Shown here: piece by piece, positions 8,557-16,527 of the stretch | Layout: each line of letters begins with the position of its first letter | How positions within the stretch are numbered: the stretch's first letter is position 1 | IMG/VR virus record: IMGVR_UViG_3300043775_000777 | Span: 90,683 to 115,433 of that record | Strand: one strand, 5' to 3' | DNA length: 24,751 bases | DNA from: a virus | Translations under genes and position numbers: made by a program | Notes under the pieces: generated by a model | The model's database searches: none | The model's input: only the letters and a program-made list of their open reading frames with translations | What the model was told of the DNA's origin: nothing

Positions 8557-9099
8557 ATGGCAAATCATATACTAAGTTTAGAGGTACCAACTGTAATGAA
8601 TCCTTGTATCTTAAAGATATTTGATACAAGTGTTTATACTAATTTACTTCCGGTAACTTGTCCTACATTAAACATAACAGTACCAGGATTTGGATATTCT
8701 GTACAGTTGAATACTACACAAGATTTTGCAGAGACTATTACAGCTTGTGATCTAGGACTGCAAACAACAGATTGTGGAACAGTTACTGTAGATATACCAG
8801 ATGGAGTATATATTATTAAGTACAGTGTGTCTCCAAATGAAACTGTATATGTAGAGTATAACCATATGAGAATTACTCAAGCATTAAACAAATACTACAA
8901 TGTATTATGTGATGTAGATGCTAATGCATGTGATCCTCCATTTAAAATAAAACAAAGACTTGAAGAGTTAAGATTAATTTTTATGTATCTTCAAGCTGCA
9001 AAAGGTAAAGTAGAGTTTTGTCATGAGCCACAGAAAGGAATGAGCTTATACAACTATGCTTTAAAGCTTTTAAATAAAATGACTTGTACTAATTGTTAA
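8557..9099 (+). CDS. Structural protein, possibly tail hub/fibre-docking
   Basis: 180 aa; beta-rich N-half (LKIFDTSVY, IPDGVYIIKYSV) plus helical C-half ending CTNC. Syntenic with crAss-like tail hub genes. Confidence 0.5.
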   Translation: MANHILSLEVPTVMNPCILKIFDTSVYTNLLPVTCPTLNITVPGFGYSVQLNTTQDFAETITACDLGLQTTDCGTVTVDIPDGVYIIKYSVSPNETVYVEYNHMRITQALNKYYNVLCDVDANACDPPFKIKQRLEELRLIFMYLQAAKGKVEFCHEPQKGMSLYNYALKLLNKMTCTNC

Positions 9100-9118
9100 A
9101 CATATAAAACCAACAAAA

Positions 9119-9322
9119 ATGAGTAGTTGTCCTAATTGCGGAGCCAAGTTAAGTTGTGGATGTCAGAAAAGAACACTTGCAAATGGAAAAACAGGATGTA
9201 GTAATTGTGCTAGCAGAGTTGAAAAAAAACCAGCACAAATTGCAACTGAGAAACCAACTGTAAACACAAATACTTGGGGGCCACATAGATATTTAAACTT
9301 AAAGAAATTTACTAAGAAATAA
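9119..9322 (+). CDS. Small Cys-rich, putative metal-binding protein
   Basis: CPNC..LSCGC...GCSNC (6 Cys in the first 30 aa); TAATG overlap with the next gene. Confidence 0.7.
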   Translation: MSSCPNCGAKLSCGCQKRTLANGKTGCSNCASRVEKKPAQIATEKPTVNTNTWGPHRYLNLKKFTKK

Positions 9323-11697
9323 TGGCATTTGCACCACGTTATAGTATTGTACCTTGTTGTCCTGATTTAGGAACTCCTACAGCATCATTTCAAATACCAG
9401 GTGGACCAGTTCCAAATGGTGTATATGTATATAATGGTACTTCTGATTCTATTAGTGGTGTTGATTTTGAACCTGGCTATTGTTATACTATAATAGATTT
9501 AGGACCTTATCCAACTGGTGCACCTATTGCTCCAGACTTTAGTGACTTTGAACTTGCTGAAGATTGTTTTGATAATAAGTGTATAGCATGTGCTATTGCA
9601 TTACCATATACGTTTGAGATCTATAATTGTTGTGATTCTGAAACTACTGTAATATTAAATATTCCAGGTGCCACCCTAGGCATGGATGGTACAGTAAATC
9701 AATATACAGGTGAGATACCATTTGAGGTAAATGGGTTTACATTTCTTCCAGGAGAGTGTTATAACTTTACTCTTGTAACTAGTAGAGAGCAATCAGATGG
9801 GCCAGCAATTGATAGTTTTGTACAAACAGGTGATTCTTGTGAAACAGCTGTTGGATGTCCAGCATGTCTTGTTACACAACAATATTTAAGATTTGTCTCA
9901 TGTTGTGATGATACAACAATATATTTAAGACCAGATGATAATAGTACATATTTACCTGGTGTGTATGAATATCTTGGAACTCCTACAGTTGGTCTTGAAA
10001 ACATTTGTTATAGTGTTACATTGTATAATGTAGGTGTAGCACCTATTAATAATATTGGAGATTATGGTGCATTACCAGAGGCTCCAGCATTTATAGAAAA
10101 TGTTACATTCAATACTTTATCAAATACTAATACTGATTGTAATAATTATAAATTAGAGTGTCCATCATGCACATCAAAATGTTATACTTTATATAACTGT
10201 GACGGAATATTTTTCAATACTACAGTTGACATGTCAGCTTATGTTGGAACATTTGTTTCTGTCTCAAATGTTGATGGACCTATAGAGGGCACATGGTATG
10301 TTATTATAAATACCGGTAATTGTAATAATGCTATAGAAGACATAACTGTAGATGTAACTCCACCGGAGCCTTGTGATTGTAGATGTTTTGAAGTTATAGG
10401 TATAACTAAATCTATAACATATGTTGATTGTGACGGAAATTTAATAAAAACATTAGGTCCGGCTAAATTTTGTTCATTGGTGTATCCATTGGTAACTGGT
10501 GTTCCAGGACAATATCAAGTATCAGAAGGAGATAACTGTGTTAGGGGTGCATGCCCAATCAAGTGTTATGAGCTTACTGAATGTAACACAGGTGAGGTAA
10601 TAACATCACAATCTCAAAGTTTATCTCAATATTATATTACAGGTCAGATAATTGAACTAGTTGGACAACCTGGTTGTTGGGAAGTAACAAGTGATGCAGC
10701 TGAAGATTGCACTTGTCCGATAGATGTAACTGTAACAATAGCTCATGTAGATTGCCCAACCTGTTTAGGCATTACAGCATATAAACTTACAAATTGTGAA
10801 AATGCTAATGATATAAAATATACATATGATGATTTATCTCAGTATGTAGGGCAGACTCTAAGAACAGATTGTGGATGCTATATTGTAGAATTAATTGACT
10901 TTCAACCTACAAGTACATCTCCTATAGTTATTATATCTTCATTTAATAATTGTACTGAGTGTTTAAGAATATACTATAAGCTTACAGATTGTAATGGAGT
11001 AGAAAATCCTATTTACACATTTACAGATTTATCAGATTATATTAATAAAGTAATAAATATTAAAGGATGTGATACCTGCTTTACTATAGAAGAAACAGAT
11101 GTCCCTATTAATCCTACTATAGTTACAGTAACAAATTCATTTCAACGTTGTGGAGATTGTACGCCCCCATTACCTTGCTTGTGTAACAGGATAACTAACT
11201 ATAGTACTAGTACTAAAGAGTATGAGTACATAGATTGTAATGATGATACTGTGCTATTAACTTTAGCAGCAGGGGAAAGTAGTGGAAAGATATGTCTTAA
11301 GAGATGGGTTATAGATTACCCTGATACAGATAACTTAGAAATATTTGGTGATTGTCAAAGTACAGAAACAACAGGTGTTTATGTATGTCCAATTGTAACA
11401 CCTAAGAAAAAAGTAAAACCTGGATACTCTGTACCAAGTTGTGATATAGAAAAGTATGAAAAGATAACCTGCAAATCATCAGAGATTTATTATAAACAAG
11501 TGATGAGACTTAGATATGGAATCTCTAATTGCTGCCCTGAAGATGAAGAGAAGTGGTTAGTTAAGAAAGAACTCATTGATCTAGTAGCTTTAATAGATCC
11601 AGATTATACTTGTGTACCGGTTACTACATGTTGTAGTCAACCTATTAGTTCATGTGGGTGCGGATGCAATCAACCCCTCAAAACTTGTAATTCTTAA
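9322..11697 (+). CDS. Cys-rich modular repeat protein, putative fibre/appendage
   Basis: 791 aa, about 62 Cys by manual count; three kinds of internal repeat; C-terminal helical YYKQVMRLRYGISNCC segment. Confidence 0.65.
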   Translation: MAFAPRYSIVPCCPDLGTPTASFQIPGGPVPNGVYVYNGTSDSISGVDFEPGYCYTIIDLGPYPTGAPIAPDFSDFELAEDCFDNKCIACAIALPYTFEIYNCCDSETTVILNIPGATLGMDGTVNQYTGEIPFEVNGFTFLPGECYNFTLVTSREQSDGPAIDSFVQTGDSCETAVGCPACLVTQQYLRFVSCCDDTTIYLRPDDNSTYLPGVYEYLGTPTVGLENICYSVTLYNVGVAPINNIGDYGALPEAPAFIENVTFNTLSNTNTDCNNYKLECPSCTSKCYTLYNCDGIFFNTTVDMSAYVGTFVSVSNVDGPIEGTWYVIINTGNCNNAIEDITVDVTPPEPCDCRCFEVIGITKSITYVDCDGNLIKTLGPAKFCSLVYPLVTGVPGQYQVSEGDNCVRGACPIKCYELTECNTGEVITSQSQSLSQYYITGQIIELVGQPGCWEVTSDAAEDCTCPIDVTVTIAHVDCPTCLGITAYKLTNCENANDIKYTYDDLSQYVGQTLRTDCGCYIVELIDFQPTSTSPIVIISSFNNCTECLRIYYKLTDCNGVENPIYTFTDLSDYINKVINIKGCDTCFTIEETDVPINPTIVTVTNSFQRCGDCTPPLPCLCNRITNYSTSTKEYEYIDCNDDTVLLTLAAGESSGKICLKRWVIDYPDTDNLEIFGDCQSTETTGVYVCPIVTPKKKVKPGYSVPSCDIEKYEKITCKSSEIYYKQVMRLRYGISNCCPEDEEKWLVKKELIDLVALIDPDYTCVPVTTCCSQPISSCGCGCNQPLKTCNS

Positions 11698-11716
11698 TAA
11701 TAATTAGTATATTATA
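11684..11716 (+). promoter_or_regulatory. Putative promoter CTTG-N20-TATATTAT
   Basis: CTTG at 11684-11687 and TAGTATATTATA at 11705-11716; the ATG at 11719 is only 2 nt further. Confidence 0.65.
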
Positions 11717-11718
11717 AT

Positions 11719-13413
11719 ATGAAGCCTTTAAACTTAGATAATAGACCATGTAGCCCAATATCAAGTAACTGTGTAATATGGCAGGGACCAGATATTCCAT
11801 GTATCAAGTTATGTACAGGAGATACGGTATCTGATGTTGTATTTAAACTTGCTACAGAGTTGTGTACAATAATGGATCAGTTGAATGTAAATAATTATGA
11901 TTTAACTTGTCTTGGTATTACAGCATGTCCTCCGGAAGACTTTCAAGCTTTAATACAATTACTTATTACTAAGATTTGTGAGCTTAGTGGAATTACAGTT
12001 ACTGAAAGATCAACTTCAACATGTCCAGATTGTGTAGTATCAGTAGCTCCATGTTTTATTGAAAATGGTCAAACTACTATGCAGTTAGTTGACTATGTTC
12101 AAATGATTGGAAATAGAATATGTTCTATACTTGCTGAAATACAAAGTATTAATGATCAGATTACTGTTATTAATTCTACACTAGTAGACTTACAATTTCA
12201 AATAGATAATCTTCCTACATATACACTACCTTCATTTGAAGTAGATTGTATATTAGCAGGAAGTAATTCATTAGATGTAATTGTTCAAACATTGATGAAT
12301 GACAATGCATTAGGTTACTGTGCTTTATTAGGAGCAACAGGAACACCTGCTGATATTAATGCAGCAGTATTATCTCAATGTATTACAGACATAGATCAAC
12401 CATTAGCTGCATTACCTGCTGTAAATACTTTTAGTGCATACTATTCAGGTTCATGGGTTAATGCTGTATCATTAGGAGCAGCACCATCTGTTTCAAATGC
12501 AATTAATAATATTTGGATTGCAATTTGTGATATATATAATTATCTACAAAATTTTAACATTAATGTAGAAGATACAAATTCAATTGATTTAACCTATACA
12601 GGAGGTGTATTATCAGCTAATATAGTAGATACAGGTTGGGTAGATTTATTAGGATTTAACTGGTATACTGGAACATCAATAACAAGATACAAACCTCAAT
12701 GTAGAAGAATAGGTAATGTTGTACACTTTAAAGGTATGTTAATGATACCATTGTCATCTAACGGAACAGGTGGAGGTGCAGCAGTTCCTTGGGAATATGG
12801 TTCAATTGATTCATATATATCAAACACATCTGTTGCACCATTTCAAGGCTCAGGCGGAGTAACTGTTGATGCAGGTGGTGCTATATATTTTAATAATAAT
12901 ACTAGTGTTATTCCTAATTCTGTAGTATCTAATACACCAACTAATTATAATTTTGATTTTATAGTTCAAAGTAATTATGTAGTAGCTTCTAGAAATATAT
13001 TATTAGACAGTGGTGATTCTGCTCTACTAACAAGTGTAATGAAAATATGGATTACAGCTGATAAAAGGTTAGTTTTACAAATATTAAGAGATAATGAATA
13101 TTCAGCAGGGGGTCAAGTAGGTAATATTATTGGAACAAGTGTTTTAAATACACTTGTCTCTAGAGTAAATGAAGGTGATAGACTTCCTCAGTTTGCAAGA
13201 GTTGGTAGTACAATAGCAGGTAATACCGCAGCTGGTCAACAACCATTGACAGCTACATATTATGCCGGTGCTCCAGCTCCTGAAAATTATCCATTTGCTT
13301 GTGACGCAGGAGATCCTCTTCAACTTGGTGGATTTGGTTGGATATCAATAGATGGTATGATGCAATATTTAGAACCATGTAATGCAGATATTAAAGAATA
13401 TGTTTGTGAATAA
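11719..13413 (+). CDS. Tail fibre / receptor-binding protein
   Basis: Cys-rich N-terminal module, heptad coiled coil (ILAEIQSINDQITVINSTLVDLQFQIDNL), and DTGWVDL...CRRIGNVVHFKG motif typical of the start of phage fibre head domains. Confidence 0.65.
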   Translation: MKPLNLDNRPCSPISSNCVIWQGPDIPCIKLCTGDTVSDVVFKLATELCTIMDQLNVNNYDLTCLGITACPPEDFQALIQLLITKICELSGITVTERSTSTCPDCVVSVAPCFIENGQTTMQLVDYVQMIGNRICSILAEIQSINDQITVINSTLVDLQFQIDNLPTYTLPSFEVDCILAGSNSLDVIVQTLMNDNALGYCALLGATGTPADINAAVLSQCITDIDQPLAALPAVNTFSAYYSGSWVNAVSLGAAPSVSNAINNIWIAICDIYNYLQNFNINVEDTNSIDLTYTGGVLSANIVDTGWVDLLGFNWYTGTSITRYKPQCRRIGNVVHFKGMLMIPLSSNGTGGGAAVPWEYGSIDSYISNTSVAPFQGSGGVTVDAGGAIYFNNNTSVIPNSVVSNTPTNYNFDFIVQSNYVVASRNILLDSGDSALLTSVMKIWITADKRLVLQILRDNEYSAGGQVGNIIGTSVLNTLVSRVNEGDRLPQFARVGSTIAGNTAAGQQPLTATYYAGAPAPENYPFACDAGDPLQLGGFGWISIDGMMQYLEPCNADIKEYVCE

Positions 13414-13424
13414 AATATTATATA

Positions 13425-14129
13425 ATGGCAACAACAAATACATGTAAAAAGTGTGGATGTGAGGATAGCTTTATGCCAAGTCCTGCACCGTGCCCAACTC
13501 CAATAGGATGTCCTAATCCAGAACCATGTTCTGAAGTATTAGATTCTCAATGTGTGATATATTCAGGAAGTAATATTTTATGTAACAATAATGTATTAGT
13601 TACAACCAATGACTCTGTAGCTGAAGCTTTAGAAAGTATAATAGATTACTTTTGTGCTAATGCTCCATCTCCTGTAACATTGACATCAGCCGGTGGAACT
13701 GTATCATTAGTAAATGACGGTACTGGTCCAGCATTAGCAGTAAAAGGATTAACAGCTGGATATGGTATAAATGTTTCAACAACAACAACAGCAGTTACAA
13801 TATCTGCAAAATGTCCAATTCAAGTAGAAATTACAGCAGGAAGTGCAGGACGCATTGAGGCTAATGTTACAGGTGGTGTTGCACCTTTTACTTATGACTG
13901 GAGTATGGCTGATTTAATAAATGGAGTTGAAAATTCAATGTTTACATTGACTCCTTTAGGAAATCCTGCAACAGTACTGCCAGCATTGAATCCAGCTGTA
14001 GTAAATAAATTTGATGCTTGTGGATCAGCTAATTTAGGATCTGTTGGTCTTGCAAAAGTTATTGTAACAGATTCAGAAGGATGTACAGCTAAAGATACTT
14101 ATCTATTAATTAATATTGCATGCGCTTAA
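13425..14129 (+). CDS. Short fibre protein with SprB-repeat-like C-terminal domain
   Basis: N-terminal Cys module like that of 11719; fibre-type KGLTAGYGINV segment; NVTGGVAPFTYDWS...KVIVTDSEGC resembles the SprB repeat consensus GGTxPYTYxW...VTVTDANGC. Confidence 0.6.
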   Translation: MATTNTCKKCGCEDSFMPSPAPCPTPIGCPNPEPCSEVLDSQCVIYSGSNILCNNNVLVTTNDSVAEALESIIDYFCANAPSPVTLTSAGGTVSLVNDGTGPALAVKGLTAGYGINVSTTTTAVTISAKCPIQVEITAGSAGRIEANVTGGVAPFTYDWSMADLINGVENSMFTLTPLGNPATVLPALNPAVVNKFDACGSANLGSVGLAKVIVTDSEGCTAKDTYLLINIACA

Positions 14130-14166
14130 GAAGTTGCAGGTTTGTTGGTTTCTGTAACAACAAAGG

Positions 14167-14200
14167 CAAAGCCCTCACACTTGTGGGGGTTTTGTTTTTT
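14167..14200 (+). terminator. Intrinsic terminator
   Basis: CAAAGCCCTCACA / TGTGGGGGTTTTG stem (with G-U pairs) followed by T6. Confidence 0.85.
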
Positions 14201-14207
14201 ACTTACA

Positions 14208-14240
14208 TTTGTTAAAGTCATTTATTTTTAGTATATTAAT
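14208..14240 (+). promoter_or_regulatory. Putative promoter TTTG-N20-TATATTAA
   Basis: TTTG at 14208-14211 and TAGTATATTA at 14229-14238, immediately after the terminator. Confidence 0.7.
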
Positions 14241-14247
14241 ATATAGT

Positions 14248-14829
14248 ATGAAGGAAATTAAAAAGCCTGATATTAAAGGACCACGGTATAGACCTGAAGT
14301 CCACAACATAATGAACAAAGAGTTCTTTGATAGTTTTAGACAAAAGTATCCTAAGTATAAAAATCTTACTGATGCTGACTTAAAGAAAATAGGTAAGGCT
14401 TTTAACAGACTTGTATTTCAGACAGTGATAGATACAAGAGATGGAGTTCAGTTACCTGAGTCAATAGGTTGGTTATTTATAGGAACCTGTGAACAAAGTA
14501 AAAAGTATAATATTGATTTTGCTAAGTCACACCAGTACGGTGTAACAGTTTCAAATAAGAACTGGGCAACAGATGGAAAGCTTGCAAAAATATTTTATAC
14601 TAACTATGCTCCAAAAATTAAAATAAAAAATAAAGAATACTGGAAGTTTGTAGCATGCAGAGAATTTAAAAGAAGTGTTGCTAAAACATATCCAGAAAAC
14701 TGGAACATGTATGTAGCAGTTGACCCAACTGAAAAAATAAGGAAGACATACCAAAAGTTTAAAACTAGACAAATTGCTCTAAAGCTTCAAAGCAAAGCAT
14801 TAGAAACATATAATGAATTTGATTTATGA
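14248..14829 (+). CDS. IHF/HU-like DNA-binding protein of crAss-like tail modules
   Basis: Helix followed by GVQLPESIGWLFI (HU-like V.L..(F/I)G.(F/L)), IDF..S and WKFVACREFKR; position beside ring genes. Start re-assigned to ATG 14248 because the TTG at 14209 lies in the promoter's upstream box. Confidence 0.55.
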   Translation: MKEIKKPDIKGPRYRPEVHNIMNKEFFDSFRQKYPKYKNLTDADLKKIGKAFNRLVFQTVIDTRDGVQLPESIGWLFIGTCEQSKKYNIDFAKSHQYGVTVSNKNWATDGKLAKIFYTNYAPKIKIKNKEYWKFVACREFKRSVAKTYPENWNMYVAVDPTEKIRKTYQKFKTRQIALKLQSKALETYNEFDL

Positions 14830-15488
14830 CAACAATAGGTGAAGCAATATCAAGAGTAAGAAATACACTAAAGGCTGTTAAGGAAGATCCTTTCTTAACT
14901 GACAGAACTATTTATTTCTCACTTCAAAAATATGCACAGACTCTAATCAAAAGAGAAGATAACCAATTCCGGTTAATGAAGATGAGTCAGATATTTAAAG
15001 TGCTTCCTTATGTAGAACTTATTGATGTAGATAAAGTGGAGGCAGGATGTATAGGTGTTTACTCAGAATGTTATTTTAAGAGATCAAAAGATAAACTCCC
15101 AAATATACTTAATGGTATGTTTGGTCCTATTATCCGTACAGTATCTTCTATAGATGGATCTATAGAAATGTTTAGAACAGATCCCGGTACTTGGATATCA
15201 ATAACTAAGTCAACTACATTTAAATATAACAAGAGACCATATTTCTGGTATCTTAATGGATATCTTTATGCACCTAATATAGATTGGGACGCTGTAAGAA
15301 TAGAAGCAATTTTTGATGGAGTGTTAGAAACATGTGATACTGATCCATGTGTAATTAGACAAGATGATCCTTTTGTTTTACCAGAGTATTTATTTTCTGA
15401 AGTAGAACAGTTTGTAGTAAAAGAATTAACCATGGCTATGTCAGTTCCAACTGATGGACCGGATGATAGTCAAAATGCTCTTAGATAA
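14826..15488 (+). CDS. Tail ring protein (crAss-like)
   Basis: MTTIGEAISRVRNTLK...D..LTDR.IYF.L.KY...LIKR, RSKDKLP, YFWYLNGYLY and VRIEAIF pattern recalled from crAss-like ring proteins; ATGA overlap with the upstream gene. Confidence 0.65.
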   Translation: MTTIGEAISRVRNTLKAVKEDPFLTDRTIYFSLQKYAQTLIKREDNQFRLMKMSQIFKVLPYVELIDVDKVEAGCIGVYSECYFKRSKDKLPNILNGMFGPIIRTVSSIDGSIEMFRTDPGTWISITKSTTFKYNKRPYFWYLNGYLYAPNIDWDAVRIEAIFDGVLETCDTDPCVIRQDDPFVLPEYLFSEVEQFVVKELTMAMSVPTDGPDDSQNALR

Positions 15489-16525
15489 TGGATTTTAATT
15501 ACACCCTCCGCTATAGAACATTTGATCAGTTGTTAGAAGATGTAACAATTGATTTAAATATATTAGCTCTAGAAAATATGATAGAGCCTCAACAGTTAAT
15601 TAAACTTGCTAAAAAAATTAACTATGACTTAGGTCTAAGAATAAATCAAACTAGAGAAGTTATACTAGATGTTTGTCATGGTAAAGTAAAGCTACCTGAT
15701 AATTTTTACACACTTAACTATGCAATGATTTGCGGTGACTATGTTAAAGCAGTAGGTTATCCCACCGGTGGTACTAATATTCAAGAAGTACCTTATACAG
15801 AAGTACCAAGTACAGTAAATACATGTGCTCCAATTACTGTAAACTGTAGAACATGTAATTCAAATCCTTGCAACCAAACTGCAGCATGTGATCTTAATCA
15901 TCCTATAGTAGATCCTATACCTACAGCATATGATCCAAACAATCCTTATGGTGATACATGTATTCCTCCAAGAGTATTTATGAATTGCAAAGGAGAAAAA
16001 TGGGAACTAGTTCAGTATATAGGTACTACAAACTATAACATTTATAAATCAGTAAGACCATTAAGATTATCTCAAAGTAGAGAAATAGATTGTGAGTGTC
16101 CTAATCTTTATTATAATAGTCCGGATTCTGGATATATTAAAAACAATTACTTGTTTACTTCATTTGAAGATGGTAAAGTATATCTTAATTATCAAGGTAC
16201 AATGGAAGATGAGCAAGGTCAGTTATTGGTTCCTGATCATGATTTTCTTAATGAGTATTATGAATATGCTTTTAAACAAAGAATACTTGAAAACTTATTT
16301 CTTAATGGGGAAGATGTTGCTCAAAGAATGCAATTAATTGAACAAAGATTAAAGGCAGCAAGAAACAATGCACTTACTGTAGTTAATACTCCAAACTTTA
16401 AAGAGATGGAAAAACTTTGGTGGACTAATAGAAGAGCTCAGTACTTTAAGTATTATGATATGTTTAAATCATATCAAGGTTATAATGGTTATTACGGTAA
16501 TTTTGGACGCAATAGAGTAGTTTAA
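15488..16525 (+). CDS. Tail tubular/ring protein (P22 gp4-like position in crAss-like phages)
   Basis: GKVKLPDNF, YIKNNYLFTSFEDGKVYLNY.G...DE.G.LLVPD motifs; lies immediately upstream of the muzzle gene; central Cys-rich insertion. Confidence 0.7.
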   Translation: MDFNYTLRYRTFDQLLEDVTIDLNILALENMIEPQQLIKLAKKINYDLGLRINQTREVILDVCHGKVKLPDNFYTLNYAMICGDYVKAVGYPTGGTNIQEVPYTEVPSTVNTCAPITVNCRTCNSNPCNQTAACDLNHPIVDPIPTAYDPNNPYGDTCIPPRVFMNCKGEKWELVQYIGTTNYNIYKSVRPLRLSQSREIDCECPNLYYNSPDSGYIKNNYLFTSFEDGKVYLNYQGTMEDEQGQLLVPDHDFLNEYYEYAFKQRILENLFLNGEDVAQRMQLIEQRLKAARNNALTVVNTPNFKEMEKLWWTNRRAQYFKYYDMFKSYQGYNGYYGNFGRNRVV

Positions 16526-16527
16526 TA

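Noticed and set aside
14133-14164. H-type pseudoknot reading of the intergenic hairpin
   Set aside because: The second pairing partner directly abuts and overlaps stem 1 with no linker, so the pairings are more likely mutually exclusive.
14209-14247. TTG start giving the N-terminal extension MLKSFIFSILIYS (signal-peptide-like)
   Set aside because: This stretch coincides with the conserved promoter motif; ATG 14248 is the more plausible start.
16092-16337. Alternative-frame + strand ORFs (16092-16337 and 22432-22665)
   Set aside because: Nested out of frame within longer, well-supported genes; I/L/M/K-rich composition typical of off-frame AT-rich sequence.
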